NCBI GenBank assembly: GCA_965637545.1
Contig: OZ281495.1
Span: 9,982,001-10,046,000 of the forward strand
Direction of reading: 5' to 3'
DNA length: 64,000 nucleotides
Origin: Phallusia mammillata
Lineage: Eukaryota
Both the position numbers and the translations under genes were made by a program. Shown here one piece after another: positions 27,901 through 40,850 of the stretch; the first letter of the stretch is position 1, and every line of letters starts with the position of its first letter. A model generated the notes under the pieces. It was not told where the DNA came from. It was given only the letters and a program-made list of their open reading frames with translations, and did not search any database.

Positions 27901-29498
27901 GAAACAAGATACGGGCCGAGTGAAGGCAAAGGATCATCTCCTTACAACGGTTGAGTGGGTTCCCGCCAGAGCGGCACAAGATCGTAAACACACGCCTGAA
28001 GCTGAATGACAGGCAACGAGCGCTTGTTCAGCATCGAACGAACCTTTTTTCCTCGACGTTAGCTCAGCAGGCAACTTCACGTTATTGTTCACCGTAGTAC
28101 AAGGTTCCTATTTCAGACTGGGACAATGCTTAACCATTGGCGACCTGAACAGGGCACCTTTCTTTTCTAAGGCAGCGTAACGCTCTGAAAATAACGCTAG
28201 AATAACGATTGCCGCGCTGCAAAGGACGTTGCAGCTTTTTCTTCCGGGTAGATGTGATTTATTTTGGGTCTGTAATTCTTGCTGTTATCGCTGCAATGTT
28301 TTGTAACAAACCACTAAAATGTCGAGGGGAATTTTGGAATGCAACATTTAATTACAATGCGGTGCATTAGTGTTGGATACGTTATTTTTCTGACGTTGTG
28401 CAGTCCGTATAACTGCCTCAAAAGGTTTGTTTCTGGATTTATGAGCAAGCTTTTAGGTTCTGCATTAAATAAACGATTTTCATGAACAAGTATTTTCACA
28501 AATAAAAATTTATTTTGGACAAGTTTTTTCACACATAAAAGCGAACATATCAACATTTATTTTCTGTGTTTTTCTGACGCTATTGGTGATTTTAGTTATC
28601 GGTTGGTCACTTCACACCTAAAACAACCACTGGCGTTTTGCTGTGACTCAAATGGGAAACCGAAAAGCCATTATTTCGGGCAAACTTGGCGATCAAATAA
28701 ACGTTCGGGCGATTACCGTGGCGTCTAAACTCTGACTGTGTTTACCCGCCGACACACATCATGTTAATGTTTTTTCTGTTAGACTCCTTCAAAAAGTAAG
28801 GACGCTTTTTCAATCGTTGCCAAAATTTTACGGTTTTCGACTTTTTTCAAAAAAAGTGTTCACAAAAGCAAACAGATTTACTTCATATGGGAGCCTACAG
28901 CTAACCTCTGTTTTAAATGGTTTCAAAAAAGAAGGCCTTGGCAAAACAGCAGCAAAAAATCTGTGTTCCTCAAATCGCAGCAAAAGACAAGTATAAATCA
29001 TCAGTAAACAGTGTACAGACATGGGTGACAGTAGGGGGTATTGACTGGCAATCCGGCACACAGTTCCTGGGTTATCTGATATGATCATAGATCGCTCAGG
29101 CGATTGTGCAAAAAGATGTGGCACCAAACACATGGCCAAGTGGCCTATTATTCCACCCCCGTGCAGTTAATCTATTTAAAGTGACCCAGACTATTTTTGA
29201 CATCGGGGTGACTGCAAACTGTTTGTGTCTAAACTAATTGGTTTACAGTGGGTACAGCTAGAACAAAAACTTAACAGCATGCGGTTACAATGCGCAATTA
29301 GGTTGAATGTTAAACAATAATATTAATTTGGCCAGGTTTTCAAACAGAAGAAACCACAAATAAAGGCAACCAATTACAAAACATTGTATCCACAAGTTTA
29401 TTCTAAAATAGCATCAGACAGGTTATTTAAACCGTTTTTTGGGCTTCCGCATAACTGTTTGTCCTTCATATCCGATATTTCGAGGCGTGGTTATCGTG

Positions 29499-29570
29499 TC
29501 CTCGTTAGTATAGTGGTAAGTATCCCCGCCTGTCACGCGGGAGACCGGGGTTCGATTCCCCGACGGGGAG
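29499..29570 (+). tRNA. trnD-GTC: tRNA-Asp (anticodon GTC)
   Basis: 72-nt TCCTCGTTAGTATAGTGGTAAGTATCCCCGCCTGTCACGCGGGAGACCGGGGTTCGATTCCCCGACGGGGAG; canonical cloverleaf, anticodon GTC at 29532-29534, intact A and B boxes. Confidence 0.98.
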
Positions 29571-29575
29571 CTCAC

Positions 29576-29581
29576 TTTTTT
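29576..29581 (+). terminator. Pol III oligo-T terminator of tRNA-Asp
   Basis: T6 run 5 nt after the tRNA 3' end. Confidence 0.85.
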
Positions 29582-31815
29582 CGTTTGCAGTTTTTCCCGT
29601 AAACGCCGAAGTTACATTACTAATCACATCTGGTTCGAAACTTGTATTTCCAAAGAGGCGAAATTTGTTTTAATTTGAGTTTTTATGCTCGCATGGGTTT
29701 TCTGCTAATGCTTCAAAGTGACAGGTGGAACGGCAAAACGATTTACCACACAATAACCTTTTTAAAAAGTCAACATAATTCAAAATTGGAAAACGTTGAT
29801 CTCAAACTTGCACAAAGACTAGTCAGGGGAACATTTGTGGCATTAAATATTGCACGTGTCTTTTTTCTATCGTACGAAAACAAAATTTACCGAACACACC
29901 GACTACTGTTTTCCCGTACTTCTTTGACACAGTAATCCCCCTAAGCTTAATTTTAACACACCAAAAGCTGGCTAAAACCGTGACAACTGAAACTAAACCA
30001 AAAAGGCCTGAAAGAAATACCCTAAACAGCCCCAAACCAAAACCCAGAGTTTTTGAACCGTAAAAAGGGCTTGCGTAAACCTAGATGGAAAAAACTAAAC
30101 GCATTTAGCAAGGCAGGTTTACAGTCACGAACACGGTTCAAACACAGCAAAACTAAACAAAGAAACTTTTATGCTGACTAAAACACCAACAGCTAAAGAC
30201 AATGTAGCCTAACCTATAGCAGCTGGTGTTTATACACGTTACTGGATAGTGATGTAAACACTTGTTGCTATCAAACACAAACGTTTTTTCGCAAAAATGT
30301 CCCAATTTCCAAAACTCGATATCTATATCAAGCTTCTGTTGTTGAAACAAAAAAGTACAAGACTTCCCAAAGTGTGCTAAGATACGCCAATATGGTTGTA
30401 TCTCTTCAATGTAAATGTAGCCTGAAAACTTAATGAAAACTAACCGCATAATACGCATTTTAGCACTTTACCAGCTAAACACAAGAAAACGGGAAGCCCT
30501 ATATTCTCAATGTCTTTTAACATAGGTCGATTTTTCAGTCTTTTTTCGTATTTTTTGTCAACCCATGTCATGCCTTGCCACAAGTCTGTATAACCACATA
30601 CAAACATTACGCACGAATTTGTGTGTCATTCACGTTCGTTTCAAACAAACCAATAGTCTAACATGAACGACCAAAACCCAGGCAGGAAACCTATAGGCAA
30701 ACTGGCAGTTTAGGGAAATCGTACTGATGGCGCGGAGAATTTGGAAACACTGATTATGCGTCAAACTTTATTGCGTTTTGTTGGTAGGCTATAAGTTTTA
30801 CGAAAACCGTTTGGTTTAACGTTGGATTTCTTGTACTTCTGTACGTTTCACTGCTTGTACAGACAAAACCGCAGACATTACTCAAAACAAAACGCATCAG
30901 GCGATTCCCAAGTATTTGCATCTTTCGCCGAAACTTAAAAAAGGTAGTTAGTATTTTCCTTACCTATAAGTTCCGAACATCCGCCAGGGATACAAACTTC
31001 GGCTTTGGTTCCCAAAAACAAGCACTCCACATTAGTACTGTGTATTGAAATCTTGTTGCGGAATCTAAGGAAGAAAACGGTCGCTATACATTATGTCCAG
31101 AATAAGACTAGTTATCACCACCACAACTGTGCAAATATAGGATAACGATAAAATAGGTGTAGGTCTAGCATTTTACTTACATTAGCAAAATCCATGTCCA
31201 ATGCTCTGTCCAAATTGGCGTTACTCTTTGGTTTGTGTCATTTTTGCTGTATAGACAAAAGATAAACGATAAAATGCAAAGAAAATATTGGGTTAACGGA
31301 ACACCAACTTACCGCAGTTGTGTGCAAAAAGTAGTACATTGGTATAGTTAGCGTTAACCAATAAAATTGAAACGAAACGGGTTTTTATTAGTGGAACAAA
31401 TACGGAAGTGAAACAACGAAAGCTTGGTGAAAAATCAACAACAAACAACAGACACCTCTAGGACAAAAAGTTGACAGTTAATTAGCTTTAACTAGGTGAA
31501 CAAAATCTAGTGAATGTGCAGTAATGCGTAATTTTGCAGTGAAACAAACAGTAAAAGATACAATGTTATGATGATATATACAACTCGCATCCGGAGTGTT
31601 TGAAATGTCCAAGAGTGCCACGAAATGCAGAAAATCCAAAGTAGCCAATCGCCTGAGATTTTTCAGAATTTTTTTGTTTAAACCATGATCTACTAAAAAA
31701 ACATCCAGAAAAAACGGTCTAACACTATATTTAACCACGATTGTTAGAAAATGAAAAAAAATGTTATGGTATTCATATGTGGTCAACATGTAATTGTCAG
31801 TGAAAAGAACTTGAT

Positions 31816-34800
31816 CTATCGTTTGTTTCGTCTGTGATCACGTTCTGTGTAATCGCCGTGTTCTTGTCGGCGCCCGCGGGGAAATCTATAAAATACCAAA
31901 AGTTATTCAAATCACTAAATAATCACCACGAAATGTCGCTAAACAACTTACCGACGATGCCATTAACCGACATTTAACTGTAACCATACTGTATTGGGGA
32001 AAGGTTCGTCCATGGATTAGTGCTAAAACCAGAGTCTTACTGATGTTTCAACCCGTTAATTTACTTTTTGGCGCCCACAATGGTGGATCCGGGGATAAAC
32101 TATTGATTTGTATGTTGTTGTGTGCTAGATATGTCATTTACCAACGTAAATGCAGTGAAACTTCACCGATTGTGTGTTAAGATCTAAACACTTTCTAAAT
32201 TCTGTGGGTTTATGAAAATATTATGTGTCAAAAAGCGTGGAAACTGTTTTGCTTATAGCAATAAATGGTGTCGCCTGTTACTTACTGAAGTGTAACGTTA
32301 ATGTTTTTAGCTTTTCTTTCTTATCCATCAATTTTAACTGTAACGGAAAATATAACAAAACTCATTTAGCACCTGTTAACAAAAATTTACCTATTTGTTT
32401 TTCGAGCGTAGTTGCTGTTTTTTTCTTGTCGTGGCCCGTGGGGACATTGCCCCCTCTTGTGGCTAAAAGCACCGCAGTTGTAACACTGCTGGCCTCGACC
32501 GTCGCCTCTGTACAATAATATTCCAGGCATTAAAAAGTATCACCAGGCCAGTTAGTGAAACAAAAATATCACAAGACCTGTCTCCGCGCGCATGTGAGCC
32601 AGAGGTCTTGGGTTCAGAACACATCGCTGGCGGCGTGATTGCAAACTCTTCTTCGTCTTCAATCCAGTCGCACTCGCGCTCCCCCAAGTGGCTGATTGTT
32701 GATGATGATTCTGCACGACACAAGTGTCCAATCAAAAAGCTTTCAGGTGAGTTTTGCAAGTTTCTATGCATTAACTTGGGTAGTTTACTTTCTGTACAAG
32801 AGTTACTGGGCACACGATTAGATTAAATAAATTGTAGGTAGTTACCAAATTTAGGCACAAAAGAAGTGCTTTATAACCAGCCTTTAACACAGTGATTCTC
32901 AAACTATGAGCCGTGGCACAGTAATGCGCCGGCAAAGATTTTCAAGTGTGCCGCGAAATATTCGATATTTAAATGTGAAAAAAACTCTTTTTTTGTTTGT
33001 CATGAAAGCAATCTTTTTTGCGTGGTCGGGCTGAAAAGATTGTCGCAAAAAGAAAATTAAGTTTGTTGATGCACTGCATGCCTGCAAAGTTTGAGAACCA
33101 CTACTCTAACAATTCAATGTTTTTTTTTTCATATACTTTTCATTTACTTTTCATATACGTCTTATTTCATAGCTTACCGGTTCCTGTGTCGGATTTGTTG
33201 CTGATCGTTCGTTTTATCGTCAAATCTTGCATCTTTCCTTCAGACTTCGATCGTTTTAGAATGATTGGAATGTTTTCTACACAAACATCGTGGGACAAAA
33301 CGTTGTGCAAAGAATACAAGGTTAGCAGTTGAGGTCCTTATCTCATGGGTAGAGCTACTACAATAGGAACCCATAACAGACAAAATTTGCACCGAACATG
33401 CCGATAAATGGCGTAAAGAACACAGCTTTTCAAATTAACAGTGAGACTGGGTTAGAGTAAGGAACTAAGTTTATAAGTTGGGTTTATCGCAAATCTTGTT
33501 GCGTTAGAAGAATTTCGTATTCCATACAATTTGCTGTGTTTACAAGGTGGTATTGCTGTGTTTACAATGTGCAATTGATAAAATAGTTATAACCTACCAC
33601 TGAGGACGGTGTTGGATTGGCCAGGCATTTTGCGATAGGAATATCGGCTTAGCTCTGGAAGAGAAGCTGGTGAATGGCGAGTGAGCTCTGCCGACCCGGA
33701 TTGATTGGGACTCTCTTCTGTTAGAGTTGTAACAATTTTAAACGGTCACAAAAAAACAACCACTCTTTAAGCAGTTTTATAAGTGTCTTAAAATTGTTAC
33801 CTTTTCCTGGAGGCGACATGGCAGTACCAGGGGGTTGAATCTAAACACAAAATTATTGTCTTGTGGGGAAAATGGCAATTCGTTTTTTTTACTTCTGCTA
33901 TGTACCTTGGAAGGATCGCCGGCTGACGAAACAGACACAACGATGTTATCGTTTTTGGCAACAACTTGTCTCCACTGTGATTGGGCGCGATGGTTGTTAA
34001 TGATATCTAGCACTCCCTAAAATTAATTTGGTTTTAGTAGAAAGATAAGCGAGATTTTTGGCTGACATAAAGCTTCAAAGGTATGCTCCTTGAGTAGGAG
34101 TGGATTTGTAAAATAAAAATTATGTAAGGAGATATAGGCGTTTGGATTTTTTTTGTGAATTTTTTATTGATATAATTTTTTAAACAAATATTGTTGTATT
34201 AAAACAGATTTGGTGATGCATTGGCCTTTTAGCCTGTTACTACCAGCAAACTGTTGAGTGTCGTAATTTTGGCCAATACTTTGTCACCAGATGCACTGAT
34301 ACGACCTCAAAAGTCAAAACAGTACTGTCTGCAGCTTACTTATTATGTAAAGGCTTTATGTTTTATAAGCATAACAAACTAATAAACTTTTTGGTATTCC
34401 TATCAAACTAATTTTCTGTTATTTCTATGCATATCAAAGTCCGGTTACCTTGAGTTCAGGAAAGTTTTGCAGATAAACCGGCATCTGTGGTCCCAGTCGT
34501 TGTACAAGTTGATTAATATTGAAAGGAATGCAGTATCGACAAAATTCGTTCCTCAAATCTGGAAATCTTTGCATCTGTTTGCAGTGGTTAAGCAAAATTA
34601 ACGATTAGTTTTGAAAGGAGGTAATTTTTAGGGGGTAATTACGTAACGTCATAATTCGTTAAGTTTTTTTGAATGGCGGTAAATGAAATTCATCTCAGGG
34701 ATAACAATAACAATAACAAAAAACGGTGGAATAACAAAAGCAAACAGTAAGAAAGAGATTAAAAATCACCTCATAGTCGATGCACTGGTAGTATATAGGT

Positions 34801-37800
34801 GGTGGTAGAAGGCTCCATAACCATTGCTGCTCCCTGATCAAACCTGACCAATATTTGCGAATGCTGATGGGTGGTTCGCCGATTCTGCAACAGAACAAGC
34901 AATTGCTTTCAGAAAACTACACACCAGTAAACACTGCATAAAAGTTGCCTATTAAAACACATACTGTACCAGCTCTTCCAAACTAAGCTCTTACGCGAGG
35001 GTCGTGAGGCATTTAAGCTGTCACCATAAAGCTAAGGTAATACAACGTTCGTGCAGACATATATACTCCAAATACATTTGAGAAACCATCACTTTAAAAC
35101 ACAACTAAACAAAATCATTCAAACCGCAAAACTAGGCTTCTGTTGCATAAAACAAACCTCAAGTGTAACCTCACAAGCGTTTCAGATCTTATAAGAATTA
35201 TTATGCAGTAAAATTTGTTTGGATAACCCAGTGGTTCTAAAACTTTTTTTTGTTGCGACGCCTCTGGAAAAGTTTTCTGGTCTTACGACGCACCAGCAAA
35301 TGAAAGTTAATGAGAAAACTTTTTATTGTTGTGTTTATCGATACAACCACCAAAAGCCACGAAACGGAACTATTCTCCGAGAATTGAACGACACACCAGG
35401 TCGTCCCGACGCACAGTTTGAGAACTACTGGGCTAACCCGATAAAAAGCTCTGAAAAGAAGTGTTACTTACATTCCAGAGTTAATAAACTCAGTCGAGTT
35501 CTCTCCAAATATAATAAGTGTGACATAACGCAGTGACGCACGTTCACTTGATGTCCACTCAATGTCCTGCGCCCACACTTCTGCAGGAAGCCGGATCATA
35601 GGCATACCAAACGACAAATCTGGAGGCACCATATATGCTCTCGGACCAGCCGGTTCCTTTAAGGACACGCCTCCAACTTGGGTAGGCTCATGGTGTCTGG
35701 GCATTTGAAACTGACTGGCGTTTGCGCTTAGTGCGTGGTGCTGTTTGGTTGTGGTCGCTTGCCAGTTAGTGTCGATATGTTGGTTATCGGCTACACAAAG
35801 ACTTGAACATTCCGGTGTGTATTCGTCAAGATCGGCCGTCATGTCAGCGGTTGTATGCTGATGTACTTCGTCGTCGTCCAAGGATAAATTGCTCGGCTGG
35901 GGAAAAAGGAAATGTAGCGTAGTCTGGTGGATGCAAACATTTTTTGGATATTAGAAGTGTTTTCAAAAAATAGTTAGGGATAGATATTTTATTCCCGAAA
36001 ATTTCGGACTAACCTACACTAGAATACACTACACTACTTTCATCAGTGCGATAGGCGTCGATTCCCGGAGTGGCAGGGGTGGAGTGCCTCCACACTAAAT
36101 CTTTGGGGTGGAAGCCATTATAAAATAGCTATGCTGCCACCCCAGAAATTGCCTGGCTGTATTTATATTTGTGCATTACAGATACGCGTTTCTTTCATTC
36201 ACATGCGCTTTTTCTAATGGTAGGTATATTTCGAGCATGTGCAAAGCAAGCTACGCGAAATCCCTTTTGTTTTTAAACAACGCCTGGGGAAAACTTATTT
36301 TGCGCTACTGATTTTCGTCGAGTTTGATCCAGAGCAAGTCTGAACAAGAAAATTTATGATATAAAATCGACGCCTATGATCAGTGCTGTTATGTTTTGCA
36401 TATAAAGTTGTTTGTCGACCTAATCATTACGACAATATAGCAACAATTAAAAATGTACGACGTCGCGATAAACAGCAAATCAATTCAGAAATTATGCACA
36501 TACGGCAAAAATTTAACAGCTGCCGATTCAGTGCATCATGTGCATCGTTTTGGGCAACTTGTGTGATACCTTCTATCAAAATGGCGGATCCGCAATTAGC
36601 AAAATTCAGATTTAGATGGGAAAATCAAAGTATCAAAATGTCAGTCTATCTATACTCAAGACTGAAAATTTTCAATCTCTAAAGTGAATGTACCCTTAGC
36701 AGTCTATTTGCAGACCTTTCGAAATTGACAAACCAAAACCTAAAAAAAATGGTCGAAATTTTCAAATAACTTTTGTTTTTTATGAGAGTAAATGAATATA
36801 ATGTTAAAAAGTAATGAAACGACTTACCGCATTAAATTTAATATCGTTGTCCGGGTCCTCCTCATTTTCCGCCGGCTTTTCGTTCGACGCGTTATTATTG
36901 CAATCAGTAGCAGGCTTCAGAGTGGGTTGTAACTCTAAAATGAGCAACGGTTTTTTCGTACTGTTTTTGCAAAGATCGCAAATTAAACATAGTTGGGATT
37001 TTTCGCAGCCTCCGAAGTACAGTAAACATCGGTTAATCCACATAATTTGGACAAAACTGAAGGTACAAATTATTTCCAATGTGGTCTTCAACTAATCGAC
37101 ATCGCCTTATCCGGATCTTCGTCTAATTAGGACATTTTTTGGTCCAAACGGGTCCGGATTAAGAGAGGTTTACTCTATTTTCCAAACTTTACCATACCTT
37201 GCATTTCAGCACTGATGTGGTCAGTGTTGTCATCCAATAGTGACTGTGACTGTTGTGGGTCGTCATTGGTGTCTTTTGCTATCAGTATCTTTTTCAGTTC
37301 ACGTTGAACTGTAAGCACATTATAAGGATAACACAAAAACTGAAAATCAAAAGAATTAGAAACGTCCTCAACCATTATTATGTCAAATATATATTGGCGT
37401 AATAATAAATTAGCCAAATTAAAACTCTTGGATAATATAAATTTGCAAGTCATAGTACACCAGACCTATTGAAGACGTTGTATCGAATCAAGCCAGTCAC
37501 CAAGCATTCCCACATACGGCAAGGCCCTAGCAAGAAAAATCTAGCATGTGGTGAGATTCGAACCTGCGACAGAAGCGGTTCCGGGACTCAACCAATTTAG
37601 CTACGCACAAGCTCAGTGGTGAACCCGTCGAAAGTCTAATCACAAGCACCGTTGCCCGCCTCGTTAAAAAATGACTTTGTTTGAACTTTTTGCACATTAC
37701 TTAAGCTGATGTTTACCACATATTTCCCAAGTATCGAACAATAAAAATGGCGATGCTCGACAGAGTTGGGAAGTTGAAAAAAATCCCGACTCCGACAGAA

Positions 37801-38524
37801 CTGCTATTTTAACCATAACAATAAAGCCTTTGTGTTTCCCTTACACAATTAATTGAAGTTTTAAATAAAGTTGGCCAAAAGTCTTCGTATAACCACTCCT
37901 ACTCGACCTTACAAAGCGCTCCGCCGAATTCGACTTCACAACTGTGGTACTCGACACGAAGTATTATTACATCGGCACGGCCCCGACCTACAATTTTCAG
38001 AACCTCTTATTTTCATAAAACTAAAAGGGTTACCGTTGGCAAGATGCTCCTTCCTTTCTTCTATAGAGGCTGCTTGCAACGCACCAACATGCTGCGAAAA
38101 AAGTCCAACATATTTTTATGAGATAAATACAAACACACACACGATATTATACCTGCACAGAACCATCGTTTTCTTCTACAGCTTTTATCTCTCCCAATTC
38201 GCCTTCCTTGACAGAATTCAAATTATCTGCTTTACCACCATCAGAACATTTACCATCCAGGCATCCATCACCAGCAGAAGAAGAAAGACCCACTTCTTCT
38301 GATAAATCCACTAAAACTCCACAAACGACTTCACACGGGCTAACGTTGTTCGCTTTTTCATCCCAAGAAGACTTTTCCTCTGTTCCTGTGCTTTGTGGAG
38401 CATCGGTGGTGGGAGGATGACCGCTGTTCTTTGATAAAGGAACAGTGATCTCGTCTTCCGGCTTGATCGTTTCCCTGACAACCGGGATGTCGTCGCCGCG
38501 TAAAACGCGCACATCTTGACATAA
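31816..38524 (-). CDS. Uncharacterised protein, largely low-complexity, with an unassigned folded region and a C-terminal CCHC zinc knuckle plus Arg-rich tail; 5' end open (~694 aa modelled)
   Basis: Phase-consistent GT-AG exons: 38153-38524, 38034-38091, 37198-37308, 36828-36934, 35472-35896, 34770-34884, 34449-34574, 33906-34016, 33801-33840, 33598-33717, 33178-33276, 32578-32791, 32391-32507, 31816-31885 (2085 nt). Knuckle CYNCGAFSHKRGQC; tail RFPRGRRQEHGDYTERDHRRNKR*. The first exon begins at an acceptor with no start codon. Confidence 0.72.
32890..33103. mobile_element. hAT (Buster/Charlie-like) MITE, same family as 51374-51649
   Basis: TIR CAGTGATTCTCAAACT...AGTTTGAGAACCACTA; TSD ctttaaca/ctctaaca; shares internal GTGTGCCGCGAAATATT with 51374. 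Confidence 0.87.
34203..34339 (+). mobile_element. Truncated family-B hammerhead-TIR element (one TIR plus internal segment)
   Basis: AGATGCA-CTGATAC-GACC..GTC-AAAAC-AGTACT-GTC-TGCAGCT-TAC at 34289-34339; upstream ~85 nt aligns by eye with the reverse complement of the 63600-63690 internal region. Confidence 0.7.
35229..35430. mobile_element. hAT (Buster/Charlie-like) MITE, same family as 57203-57424 in opposite orientation
   Basis: TIR CAGTGGTTCTAAAACT...AGTTTGAGAACTACTG; TSD ggataacc/ggctaacc; left arm is the reverse complement of the right arm of the 57203 copy. Confidence 0.9.
36050..36378. mobile_element. hAT-type MITE with (C)ATAGGCGTCGATT TIRs
   Basis: TIR ATAGGCGTCGATT...AATCGACGCCTAT; perfect 8-bp TSD atcagtgc. 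Confidence 0.88.
37544..37612 (-). pseudogene. tRNA-like sequence (tRNA pseudogene or tRNA-derived SINE head)
   Basis: GCTTGTG...CACATGC acceptor-like stem (6/7), A box TAGCTAAATTGG, B box GGTTCGAATC; anticodon arm does not fold; T5 run shortly after. Confidence 0.6.
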
Positions 38525-39668
38525 CTGTGAAAAATATGGCGCTATAATATATTAAACCACATGTCAGATGACTTCTTGTGTAAATAGCAAAGCCACCTGA
38601 CGTTACCTTTACTTTTTTATCCAGCTCGCACACAAAAATAGTGCTGACAGAATTAAAAACACAAAACTTGGAACTGTAAGCTGGCCTGATAGTTTGGCTC
38701 CAAACCCTGAAGTAAAAGCCTAAAACCCGGCGCGAAACTATTTTTTTTAACAAAAAACAAATTATCCTCGGCTGTTGGTAAGATTACCGAACAAATAAGA
38801 CCGAGTGTTAAGCTAGGCCTGAACAGGTTTTTAGGTTTGGTTTGGGTGACCGCTAAGTAGTTTTAAGAGACCGCAAGTGTTTCATTTAAATACCAAAAAA
38901 TAGCCATATTTGCTTAAACGAATTATTTATTAGGCTACTGGCAAATTTTGGGAAACCGCTGGAGAAATTTGGGGGACCGTTTCGGTCAAACCATAACCCA
39001 TAGCCGTCCTGATGGCTCACGACTCTGCTGTTATACTGCAATTTTATTTAACGTTTTGTAGTAATTTATTTAACGTAATTACTATTGTCATTTCATTTCA
39101 AGAAAAGACTAAACATATGAAAACTATATCTTGTAATTCGTAATATTACAATAAACCAAAACTAGGCGGCTGACCTATAACTTTTGGGTCCATTGATAAC
39201 TCACTTTTTAGGTCAAGCCGATTTGTCAGAAAAAAAGAACAAAATCTTTGTCATTTTAAACTTTTTTAAAACGCGGTACCTCCATTTCAGGAAATCGTTA
39301 ACAAACTAAACTGCTTTGCTGATTCTGCATTGCGTTACTTTTTGCCAAACGCAAGCTTTGCAAAGGCGACACCCATAACACCCTGCGTGCCACCAACTGA
39401 TGCGCGGTCTCAGGAAAACGGGCACGCCCAGACATGCCATTCTTACTGACGCAATTGCACGAAAAAGATAAACAAACGTAGTTGATTCGCCCTACATAAG
39501 CTTGGCCCTTAGTAGGGTTTTTTGGTCAAAAAGGTTGTTATCTTGTTGGCGCATTATCCTATTACACTTTTACGCTCAGAAGCAGTTTTGACAACGAAGA
39601 AAAATAATTGACAAATGAAAAAAGTGGTATTCGAGTTTCAAAAACAAACTAGGTTAAGTACTTATATG

Positions 39669-39727
39669 TTTGAATGCTGTAAAAAAAGTATTATTGAGAT
39701 TTTGAATGCTGTAAAAAAAGTATTATT
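39669..39727. repeat. Direct duplication of 27 bp (period 32)
   Basis: tttgaatgctgtaaaaaaagtattatt at 39669 and 39701. Confidence 0.85.
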
Positions 39728-39823
39728 ATCTTACCTTGGGCTTTTCTATTTCTTTTTCTTCTGTAAAAAAGGGAATTCGTAAAAGAATGCAAAAGCAAAA
39801 ACTTTAAACTACATGCTTTAGGC

Positions 39824-40174
39824 CAGGGGTGTCCAACTCGAACACACAGCCGTGCCAAATTTTGTTTTAGAATATACTCGCGTGCCACTGTTTGGTGATT
39901 TTTCCATATCATTTCGTAAACGTCCCAACGAGACGGGCTCAATTTATTATACACCAAAAACCTTTTATTATGTTTATGCGACACAAGATGCAAATAGTTT
40001 GCAACGGGGCTTAAGTTTTGTCAAAAAACTGAACAATTTAATTAGTGGGTTGTGTAACTTTACTAAACTTTAATGAAGTGAGAATAATCATCTGAATTTG
40101 CAAAAGCTTGTGTGCCATTTTCAAATGCTTAGCGTGCCACTTTTGGCACGCGTGCCACGTGTTGGACACACCTG
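39824..40174. mobile_element. hAT (Buster/Charlie-like) MITE
   Basis: TIR CAGGGGTGTCCAAC...GTTGGACACACCTG; TSD ctttaggc/cattaggc; subterminal CGTGCCA repeats. Confidence 0.88.
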
Positions 40175-40850
40175 CATTAGGCGAAACCAGTGGCCTTTAC
40201 GTTTGCTCGGCAATTTACTAAATTGGCATCAAGGCCTGTTGCATGGTTTACCAAAAAATGATATGCTATCGAAATGTTGCTTTTGCTCAACAAAAGTAAA
40301 TTACGAAAATCTTCCAAAATGTGATACGCCACACTAAATTTAACTGAACCTCACACTAATGACGTGGGCAAATAACAATTATAGCTCTGTTAAAGTCTTT
40401 GCCTGTGTGTATCTTGGCCTGAGGTAACATTACTCACGCACAATGAGAAACCTACAACAAGACATCTAAAAATCTAACAGTAAATTTTCTTAAAAACGTA
40501 AATTGCACAGTAAGAAAGTTACTGCCAATAGATGGTCAAATTTTAGTTCAATTATGCTGCTGCGATTCACCTGGCAAAAAAAAACTTAATTCAACTGTCC
40601 CTTTGTTATGATTTTGCAATTGTATGTTAATCCTTCATCTAACTGCGCCTGTTTTGCTGTTAAACTGGTTTACATACGAAGATGCGATGCTATTTTACCA
40701 ACGACACCTGAAGGTGCTTCCCCGGAAAGTAAATCCCGAAATACTTGCGGTTGATTCATAAAGCGTGGAGCAGAAATTGCAGACGACAAGCTGGTATTAA
40801 ATGTAGTAGAAAGCATTTAACTCATTCGCTTCTCCTAGAACGGCCTGTGA

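Noticed and set aside
38814-39005. Possible MITE with GACCG/AAACC subterminal motifs
   Set aside because: TIRs are too degenerate and no TSD was identified.
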